64,000 nucleotides of DNA from Patescibacteria group bacterium (lineage in GTDB: Bacteria > Patescibacteriota > UBA1384 > XYA2-FULL-43-10 > 1-14-0-10-43-13): positions 64,929-128,928 of the forward strand of contig JBAYHC010000004.1 in the NCBI GenBank assembly GCA_041666325.1, given 5' to 3'. Every line of letters starts with the position of its first letter. Position 1 is the stretch's first letter. This document shows, piece after piece, positions 9,547 to 16,880 of this stretch. The notes below the pieces were generated by a model. It saw nothing but the letters and a program-made list of their open reading frames with translations. It had not been told where the DNA came from and made no database searches. The position numbers were made by a program, and so were the translations under genes.

Positions 9547-10326
9547 TTACACGCTAGAACACTGCCACAATGAGGCAAAGATCTGCGAGAAATTGCCAGC
9601 CAAATGCTGATTTGTTATGCGAATACCGACAAGACCGCCGCTCTCGAAGGAAAGTATGCTAACCATATCTCCAACAACATAGATGGCAAACTCTTTGATC
9701 ACTGTGCTCTTTGGCAGTAAACGAAATTCCAGCGCATTGCGCGTCTGGTAGTACTTAGCTTTATCTCTCTCGGTTGCTGAATCATTGATCAGCAATTTTG
9801 TCTTGATGCCTCGTTCAACTTTGAAATGCTTGACCAGATCGTGCCACTCCCGATCGAAAACAAATGACCATTCCTTGCTCCAGACAAACTCATCCCGCAG
9901 AATCAGCATCGTCTCGTTCTCCTTGGCCTGACGCAACATCGATAGATAGATTTTTTTAAGCCCTTCCTGCCCCTCAAAAAAAGTAATTTGAGGAATGGAC
10001 AGATCTTGATTGCCGAGTATTTTGAACTGTTCCTTGAGGTTTTTAACTAGTTGAAACTTCTGATCAATGGCGGCTTTCTCTTTCTCTACCATTTGTTCAA
10101 GCACGTTGTAATCTTCGACAATAAATTGTTTTACTTCGTTCTTGTACGTCGTGCTGACAAGACCCTTGGACTGCAAATCACTCAGAGCGGTGTAGACGCT
10201 GCTTCTAGAAAGATTAGTCTTCCTGGCAATGAGCGAGGCACCGGATGGCGACTTCTCAACCAGAGCAGAGTAGACCAGGGCCTCGTTTTTAGTAAACCCA
10301 AGTTTCTCGATCAATTGTTGAATCAT
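9547..10326 (-). CDS. TrmB family transcriptional regulator
   Basis: LGFTKNEALVYSAL...IARKTNLSRSSVYTALSDLQSKGLV wHTH; FFEGQEGL. Confidence 0.9.
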   Translation of the reverse strand: MIQQLIEKLGFTKNEALVYSALVEKSPSGASLIARKTNLSRSSVYTALSDLQSKGLVSTTYKNEVKQFIVEDYNVLEQMVEKEKAAIDQKFQLVKNLKEQFKILGNQDLSIPQITFFEGQEGLKKIYLSMLRQAKENETMLILRDEFVWSKEWSFVFDREWHDLVKHFKVERGIKTKLLINDSATERDKAKYYQTRNALEFRLLPKSTVIKEFAIYVVGDMVSILSFESGGLVGIRITNQHLAGNFSQIFASLWQCSSV

Positions 10327-10342
10327 CTGTCTCCTTTTGTGT

Positions 10343-10378
10343 TGTCGTAATTGTACGGCACATTGTACATATTGTCAA
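10343..10378 (-). promoter_or_regulatory. sigma70 promoter of the TrmB gene with overlapping dyad (candidate operator)
   Basis: Minus strand TTGACA (10378-10373), 17 nt, TACAAT (10355-10350); imperfect palindrome TGTCGTA-ATTG-TACGGCA at 10343-10360. Confidence 0.65.
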
Positions 10379-10424
10379 TTAGCAGTATTATTGTGACAGA
10401 TTCTTGCAAATGCGCAAGGGAGAA

Positions 10425-11849
10425 ATGGAAATGAAAACGACAGCACCGATAATCCAGCAGCACGAACTGACCACCGCCTGCAATAATGCTTGCGGCTTCT
10501 GCTACAACCCCGAACGATGCCAGAAATCATTCGCTCCACGGCAAGAATCGCGCCGGCAAAACTTGGCAGTGGCCGAAATGTCAGTCGCGCATGGTGTCAT
10601 GGCAGTGTGCCCGACCGGAGGAGAACCGCTCTTAGTTGGCAATCACCTCTTGGATGTGATGGCCATCTACAAACAAGGCGGATGTTACATCAGCGTTAAC
10701 ACCAATGCCAGACTGGCAACACCACGAGTGGCCAAACAGTTGGCACAAGCTGGGCTCAAATCGGCCCTCACCTCGCTTCATGGCGTGGGCAAACTGCACG
10801 ATGAGCTCGTTGGGGCCGACGGCGCATTCGAAGAAACATGGCGCGGCATGGTTACCCTGCGCTCTGAGGGCATCGCCGTAACACCCAACGTTGTCGTCAC
10901 AGCCAAGAACATCGGACGCATCGGCATGGTCGGCGCCTATCTGCTCAAGGAGGGATTCAGTTCGATCGCATTCACCCCCTTCCTGCCATCATGGGGGTCA
11001 GACCATCACCAGGATTTCCTTCTCACCGAGGATCAGCATCAAGCGTATTTCCGGCTTCTGAAGGAAATTGGCGAGCAAGGTGCACGCATCGACTCCACGC
11101 TACCGGTTCCGCCCTGCATTCTGCGCCAGATGCTTCCCTCAACATGGCCAGAATATCTGTCATTCCTGTCTCCGCGCGTTTGCATGGCCGGCCGATCATT
11201 CGGCGTTGTCTCGCCGGACGGCCACTTCCGAGCCTGCATCCAAGCACCGTTCTTCGACCAATTCGGCGGCAATGTTCACACGAACTATGCCCGGAGCTGG
11301 TCACGTGCAAACCGGTGGGCAGAACAAAAACTTCTCCCAGATGAGTGCCGGGACTGTGCCGTCCTCTCAGTCTGCGGAGGAGGCTGCCGCACGAGCAGTC
11401 TATGGCGAAACCAAGGAAGCGTTTGTGGCAAGACCATGTACATGGGTCAGCCACTCACGGCAGCCGAGGCTGAACCATTCAAACAGCGTGTGGTTGTCAA
11501 TGTCGCCGCTGCCGTTAGCTACCGCTGGCAGGATCACCTCAAGTTCCGGGATGAGGGCTGGGGCGTCATCGTCTTCAATGCAAAAAACCAGTCATTCACT
11601 ATTCTGGATCAGTCTGCGCGGACGATGCAACGGACGGGCATAGTCGCATTCGACGACGAAAAAACCGGCCGCGTGCTACAAGCAATGGGCGCAGTCGCAC
11701 CCGAGCACATGCTGGCAATACCGGCATGCACCTGCAACACCAAGGCACTTCCCGCCAACCTGCTCCTACCACGACTGGCAGGTGATCTCGATTCACCACA
11801 TGTAGTCTACCGCTTGCGTGCCGACACCGGCGAACGGTACTACTTCTAG
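10425..11849 (+). CDS. radical SAM/SPASM domain protein
   Basis: CNNACGFC (CxxxCxxC), TGGEPLL, SPASM cysteines CMAG...C and CRDC...CGGGC; start at ATG 10425 or 10431. Confidence 0.92.
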   Translation: MEMKTTAPIIQQHELTTACNNACGFCYNPERCQKSFAPRQESRRQNLAVAEMSVAHGVMAVCPTGGEPLLVGNHLLDVMAIYKQGGCYISVNTNARLATPRVAKQLAQAGLKSALTSLHGVGKLHDELVGADGAFEETWRGMVTLRSEGIAVTPNVVVTAKNIGRIGMVGAYLLKEGFSSIAFTPFLPSWGSDHHQDFLLTEDQHQAYFRLLKEIGEQGARIDSTLPVPPCILRQMLPSTWPEYLSFLSPRVCMAGRSFGVVSPDGHFRACIQAPFFDQFGGNVHTNYARSWSRANRWAEQKLLPDECRDCAVLSVCGGGCRTSSLWRNQGSVCGKTMYMGQPLTAAEAEPFKQRVVVNVAAAVSYRWQDHLKFRDEGWGVIVFNAKNQSFTILDQSARTMQRTGIVAFDDEKTGRVLQAMGAVAPEHMLAIPACTCNTKALPANLLLPRLAGDLDSPHVVYRLRADTGERYYF

Positions 11850-11853
11850 CCCC

Positions 11854-11880
11854 GTGGGCGGCCTTCCGCCCACTTTTTTT
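11854..11880 (+). terminator. intrinsic terminator
   Basis: GTGGGCGG-CCTT-CCGCCCAC followed by T7. Confidence 0.8.
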
Positions 11881-11936
11881 AATTAGTCCAATATTGATTA
11901 AATCCTCATCTTTTGGTATACCATTCCCGGAGGTGA

Positions 11937-12239
11937 ATGCTGATGCTTGACCGTCTGACAGCCGAACGTGCCCAACGGGCACAAAAAGCCACTTCATTTA
12001 CAGTTATCACGAGATCGAAGGGCGATTGGAGTAAAGAAGAGATAAGGGTGATTGTAGATGGCCGTCTTACTGAATGGTTTGGCCACCAGAAGCAGAAAGG
12101 AATTATGATTGGACTTGGCACCATTGACGCCAAGATGATAGAGCGGCGTTTGCTTCATCATAATTTCACTCATCAGATTGTCACTGATCGCACAGCTCTC
12201 CCCTTCGAGCCCCAAGATTATCTTTCCCCCAGCGCATAG
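11937..12239 (+). CDS. hypothetical protein
   Basis: 100-aa ORF with GGAGGTG SD; ATG 11943 is better spaced. Confidence 0.6.
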   Translation: MLMLDRLTAERAQRAQKATSFTVITRSKGDWSKEEIRVIVDGRLTEWFGHQKQKGIMIGLGTIDAKMIERRLLHHNFTHQIVTDRTALPFEPQDYLSPSA

Positions 12240-12266
12240 TCGGTTTGACTGTGCAACCGTGCCGGT

Positions 12267-13037
12267 TCACGCCGGCTTTTTTTGTTCCTTTGATTGTTTG
12301 CAATAATTGATCATGGCTCCGGAAACGTATTGAGCCAAGCCCGGAGCAATCTTCTCGTAATTAGCGGTGAATCGCTCGTCTGCCACGTACATCTTGGCTA
12401 AGCCTTCAAAAATCTCCAGAGAACAATCATAGAAATTGTTCATGTACCTGTGATACTGGCCAGCTAGCTTGCGCACCTCGGCGTCTTCTGGCGGTACGCC
12501 AGCCTTCATCTTTTCGGCTATCTCGTTGACAATTGCACCACCCTCATCTTTGACGCTTTGGAGCTTTTCTTTGCTCCAGGATTTAACCCGAGCAACAGAC
12601 TGATCGACAGTGTCCTTGCCCCAACGTTGTCTTGCTTCCTCCTGATATTCCTGCACCTGCTCTTTGGTCAGTCCCTCGTATAGGTCTTCGTCTTTCATTC
12701 CTTTTTCTCCTGTCATTTTCTTTATCGTATTCTCAATTGTGTTAATCATCCGATCATAGCGATGTCTCTCGGCTTTAAGCGCTTCCCCGTGGCTGCTGAG
12801 GGCTTGAAGCATGTCAAAATTAGTGTCATCCAGTATCTGCTTAATCTCATCAAGTTTAAATTCTAACTCACGAAAAAAGAGGACCTGCTGCAAGCGCAAA
12901 AGATCTTTTTCCTCGTAGTAGCGATATAAATTCTCGCCAATATGCGATGGCTTGAGCAAACCGATCTGGTCATAGTAGTGGAGCGTTCTCACGCTTACGC
13001 CAGCCATCTTGGCTAACTTGTTGATTGTATATTTCAT
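12267..13037 (-). CDS. MerR family regulator with TipAS effector domain (TipA/Mta-like)
   Basis: YTINKLAKMAGVSVRTLHYYDQIGLL, YQEEARQRWG, GLAKMYVADERF. Confidence 0.93.
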   Translation of the reverse strand: MKYTINKLAKMAGVSVRTLHYYDQIGLLKPSHIGENLYRYYEEKDLLRLQQVLFFRELEFKLDEIKQILDDTNFDMLQALSSHGEALKAERHRYDRMINTIENTIKKMTGEKGMKDEDLYEGLTKEQVQEYQEEARQRWGKDTVDQSVARVKSWSKEKLQSVKDEGGAIVNEIAEKMKAGVPPEDAEVRKLAGQYHRYMNNFYDCSLEIFEGLAKMYVADERFTANYEKIAPGLAQYVSGAMINYCKQSKEQKKPA

Positions 13038-13046
13038 CTTAACAAG

Positions 13047-13077
13047 AGCATGCACTATAACGTTACGTCATAGTCAA
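13047..13077 (-). promoter_or_regulatory. MerR-type promoter/operator with 19-bp spacer
   Basis: TTGACT, 19 nt, CATGCT; dyad ACTATAACGT-T-ACGTCATAGT at 13054-13074. Confidence 0.75.
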
Positions 13078-13128
13078 GGGGTAAACAAAAAATATCATCT
13101 GATTACAGAGTATCTCTCTTTGCGCCTT

Positions 13129-14565
13129 TTACCCCACATTCATCTCAATCACCGGGGCGGAGCCATCCGGATTGCGCTGGAGCTCAACATCAGCAAAACG
13201 CATTTGAGCAGGATTAAAGTAGAGCATGACTTCGCCGGTCGGGCCGTTTCTGTGCTTGCGGATGAGAACCTCGGTGATACCCTTCTTCTCCGTATCTGGT
13301 TTGTAGTACTCTTCGCGGTAGAGGAACATGACGATATCAGCGTCCTGTTCGATAGAACCGGATTCACGCAGGTCAGAAAGCTGCGGCCGTTTGTCGTCTC
13401 GATGCTCAACCGCACGTGAGAGCTGAGAGAGGGCAATAACGGGCACATTAAGTTCGCGAGCCAAGCCTTTGAGTGATCGAGAAATCTCAGAGATCTCCTG
13501 AACGCGATTTCCATCGCTTCGGGACTTCCCCTCCATCAACTGCAAGTAGTCAATAATAATTAAACCAAGTCCATGCTCCATCTGCAGCCGTCTCGCCTTG
13601 GCTCGAACCTCCATAACATTGGCCCCAGGAGTGTCATCGATAAAGATCGGCGCCTCGGACAAAACACCCATAGCGTAACCAATCTTGGGAAAATCTTCAT
13701 CGGACAGATTGCCCGTACGTAATTTCCAAGAGTCAACGCCAGCTTGGGACGACAAGAGACGATCGACAAGCTGTTCCTTGCTCATTTCCAGAGAGAATAC
13801 ACCAACAGGCACCTTCTCTTCTATGGCTGCATTTTCGGCCAGGTTAAGGGCAAAGGAGGTTTTACCCATAGACGGGCGAGCGGCAAGAATAATAAGGTCA
13901 GATTTTTGAAAACCGGCTGTCTTGGTGTCTAGACCTTTGAAACCGCTGGGGACTCCGCGAATAGCACCCTTGTCCTTGTCGCGATGAATAGTGTCGATAC
14001 GCTCAAATGCTTCGGTTAGGACATCTCTTATGGGTAAGAATTTATCTTTCAAAAATTTTTGGGAGACCGCAAACAAAGACTGTTCTGCCCTATCTAGAGT
14101 TTCAGCGATTTCCCCATCCTCGTCGAAACCTAATCCGGATATATTGTTTCCAGCGCTAATCAATCGCCTCAAGACTGCCTTGTCTCTGACGATCTGTGCA
14201 TAGTGAGTGATGTTGGTCGCGGAGGGAGTGCCATTAACTATTTCGGCCAAATAGCTCGAACCGCCGACTTCCTTGATTTTGCCCTCGTTCTCCAGTGTCT
14301 CTGAGAGAGTGACAATATCAATCGGCATACGCTTTTCGAATAATCGAAGCATGGCTTCAAAGATAATGGCATGGCGATCCTCGTAATAGTCAGGAGGGGT
14401 AACCATATCGGCAACCTTGATAATCGCGTCTTTATCGAGCAGGATCGCACCCAAAACACTCCTCTCTGCTTCCGTGCTCTGGGGCGGGATGCGAACACCA
14501 GAAAAGGCTGCCTTCTTTTGGCTCTCGCCATCTCGATCAAAATTTTTTGCATTACCCCTTGGCAT
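13129..14565 (-). CDS. dnaB: replicative DNA helicase
   Basis: PPQSTEAERSVLG, AARPSMGKT, IIDYLQLM, LSQLSR, DLRESGSIEQDAD; start taken at MPRGNAK. Confidence 0.97.
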   Translation of the reverse strand: MPRGNAKNFDRDGESQKKAAFSGVRIPPQSTEAERSVLGAILLDKDAIIKVADMVTPPDYYEDRHAIIFEAMLRLFEKRMPIDIVTLSETLENEGKIKEVGGSSYLAEIVNGTPSATNITHYAQIVRDKAVLRRLISAGNNISGLGFDEDGEIAETLDRAEQSLFAVSQKFLKDKFLPIRDVLTEAFERIDTIHRDKDKGAIRGVPSGFKGLDTKTAGFQKSDLIILAARPSMGKTSFALNLAENAAIEEKVPVGVFSLEMSKEQLVDRLLSSQAGVDSWKLRTGNLSDEDFPKIGYAMGVLSEAPIFIDDTPGANVMEVRAKARRLQMEHGLGLIIIDYLQLMEGKSRSDGNRVQEISEISRSLKGLARELNVPVIALSQLSRAVEHRDDKRPQLSDLRESGSIEQDADIVMFLYREEYYKPDTEKKGITEVLIRKHRNGPTGEVMLYFNPAQMRFADVELQRNPDGSAPVIEMNVG

Positions 14566-14614
14566 TCGCCCGTCCTTTTCGAATAACGTACTTGGACTCA
14601 ATAACATTCACAGC

Positions 14615-14727
14615 AGGTATCAGGTATTTCGTATCTCGTAGCTCGTGTATCGTCTCATGTAACACACAAGGCACTGAAAAAAGTTTGATGTTTTCGCCTG
14701 ATACTAAAATACTAAAATACGAACTGC
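14615..14727. repeat. inverted pair of degenerate 7-8-nt tandem arrays
   Basis: GGTATCA GGTATTT CGTATCT CGTAGCT units face ATACTAAA ATACTAAA ATACGAA units. Confidence 0.5.
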
Positions 14728-14739
14728 GGCACACAAACA

Positions 14740-16419
14740 TCAGCTTGCAACTTCAAAAACCTGCTCTGCCACCTTCTGTAACTCATCATCCGCGACGGGC
14801 TTTTTCTCCTTGGGCTTTGGAGTATTAATCTCGCACAGTATCCGGCAACTCCCACCAAGAATTGCGGCCGCTATCTCCTCAAGAATCTGCCGGTTTTTTA
14901 TCTCAGAGATACGGTCCTGGTGAAATTTGAATTTGACACCCAGGGTAAGAAGACCAGCATTTAAAGATAATGGTTGTGCATCACGAAGCAACGCCGCCAA
15001 TGTACCGTTCTCCTTTTTGGTTTGATCAATAATGCTCTGCCAAATATCATCTGTCATTTCTAGCACTGGCGCTGTGGCAGCAGCACTGTCCATGACCTTC
15101 TTCGGGTCATCTGTCGGAATGGATGCCTTGTTTGATTCATTTGGCTCTGTCTTTGGGCTTTCGACAGCATCCTTCAGGCCGGCATCTTTGCTCTCCGGTA
15201 TGAGAGATGATCCGTTTTCTTCTCTGTCCTCTTTCTTCTCGGCTGGTTTCGCCTGAAGTGTATCTGCTGCAGCCTTTGTCGTGCTCGCAACAGGTCGCGC
15301 TTCGGCTCTTGTCTCGCCTGACTTGCTTGCCTCTCCTCCTTCCACCTTCGCTGCAATCTGAACCACAGCCATCTCTAGCGGCAGTGTTGGAATCGATACA
15401 TCTTTAAGCGCCCGACCTTTTTCAATAAATATTTCTAGCGCAGCGACAACCCTCTCAACCGAAACCGTTGCGGCAATCTTCGAGATCTTTTCCAGTCCCT
15501 CTTTTGATTCATTCAGGATTGATTGACCGCCGATAAGATAGTGAAGTACGCGACGCAGGCCTTCGATCACCTGTCGGTTAAACACTGTCATTTCCGCACC
15601 GCTCTCATAGAGACGGTGGACGATTTTTAATCCCTCCTCCGGGAGACCATTAAAAATCGTCCACAGGAAGCTATCTACCTCCTCCCCTCGCACTACACCC
15701 AAAACACTTTCAACATCGGCAACGCCGATATCCTTGGTGCGGCTTGCGACCTGCTCAAAAAGACTAATCGCATCCCTATGACCGCCCTGTGCTGCACGAG
15801 CGATCAAGTCAAGTGCCCCGTCCGTTATTTTGATGGCCTCGCCTTCAGCAACACGCTTAAGATATTTGACAATGTCGCCGTGACTGACTCGCTTAAAGTC
15901 ATACCTCTGGGCCCTTGATAATATTGTGGCCGGAACCTTCTGCACCTCTGTCGTCGCCATAATAAAGACAACATGAGACGGCGGCTCCTCCAGGGTCTTT
16001 AGTAGTGCATTAAACGCACTCTTTGAGAGCATATGAATTTCATCGATGATGTAAACTTTCTTCTTCGACACAGCCGGGGCCAGTCTGGCCTTGTCGATAA
16101 TATCTCTGACATCATCAACGCTAGTGTGTGAAGCGGCATCGATTTCAATAACGTCGAGCGCTTTGCCTGCCGCTATCTCAAGACAGCGATCGCACGTATT
16201 GCACGGCTCCCCCCTACCGTTTTCCTCAATTTTCTGACAACAAAAGGCCTTGGCAAGCAAGCGAGCGGTAGTTGTCTTTCCTGTTCCGCGCGGTCCCGTC
16301 AAAAGATAGGCATGAGAAAGACTGCTGCTCTTGATAGCCTCAAGCAGAGTCAAACTAACATGGTCTTGACCAATAACATCAGAGAAGTTTTGAGGACGGT
16401 ATTTGTGATATAAGGCCAC
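14740..16419 (-). CDS. dnaX: DNA polymerase III subunit gamma/tau
   Basis: LYHKYRPQNF, GPRGTGKTT, EIDAAS, IIDEIHMLSKSAFNALLKTLEEPP; GTG start with GGAGG. Confidence 0.97.
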   Translation of the reverse strand: MALYHKYRPQNFSDVIGQDHVSLTLLEAIKSSSLSHAYLLTGPRGTGKTTTARLLAKAFCCQKIEENGRGEPCNTCDRCLEIAAGKALDVIEIDAASHTSVDDVRDIIDKARLAPAVSKKKVYIIDEIHMLSKSAFNALLKTLEEPPSHVVFIMATTEVQKVPATILSRAQRYDFKRVSHGDIVKYLKRVAEGEAIKITDGALDLIARAAQGGHRDAISLFEQVASRTKDIGVADVESVLGVVRGEEVDSFLWTIFNGLPEEGLKIVHRLYESGAEMTVFNRQVIEGLRRVLHYLIGGQSILNESKEGLEKISKIAATVSVERVVAALEIFIEKGRALKDVSIPTLPLEMAVVQIAAKVEGGEASKSGETRAEARPVASTTKAAADTLQAKPAEKKEDREENGSSLIPESKDAGLKDAVESPKTEPNESNKASIPTDDPKKVMDSAAATAPVLEMTDDIWQSIIDQTKKENGTLAALLRDAQPLSLNAGLLTLGVKFKFHQDRISEIKNRQILEEIAAAILGGSCRILCEINTPKPKEKKPVADDELQKVAEQVFEVAS

Positions 16420-16519
16420 AGCACCTCCGGTGCTCCCTACTTAATTGCAAATCAAACAAAACTACAAGCCTTACGAATTTGCTTACATGCGACTTTGTCC
16501 TATTCGTATTTTCGTAGGG

Positions 16520-16562
16520 GACATCCCCTTTGCCTCTGTATTATAAGGGCAAAGGGGATGTC
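16520..16562. other. perfect 15-bp stem hairpin in the dnaX-pilB intergenic region
   Basis: GACATCCCCTTTGCC (16520-16534) and GGCAAAGGGGATGTC (16548-16562). Confidence 0.7.
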
Positions 16563-16880
16563 TCGTGAACAGATGTACTATTATCTGCTGCTGGGCTTGA
16601 AGATATATTTGTGAGCTAAAACATAGCCCTCTTATCCCCATACATATCCACAGGAAGTCGATCAATAGGCAAAGGGCGTAAGTAAATCACATTCTTGACC
16701 ACGCTCCTTTCCCCTTACGCCTATCTTCATTATCCTGTCTTTTTTCCAATAAAAATGGTATATTTAACTAGACAATATCGATTGTCCAACTGCGCCCCAA
16801 CAGGTCAGGGCTATGAGGGACAACACTTCGCCAATTTGGCCTGCCGGCCGTAACCTTGGCGAGGGTCGGAGGGGAAATAA

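Noticed and set aside
13129-14565. Inteins in DnaB (and in DnaE 53131-56700)
   Set aside because: Lengths are normal, motifs are contiguous, and no C...HN splice junctions or LAGLIDADG motifs are visible
16795-16835. SRP RNA (ffs), often near dnaX; CAGGTCAGG is present
   Set aside because: The conserved GNRA loop followed by AGCAG is absent
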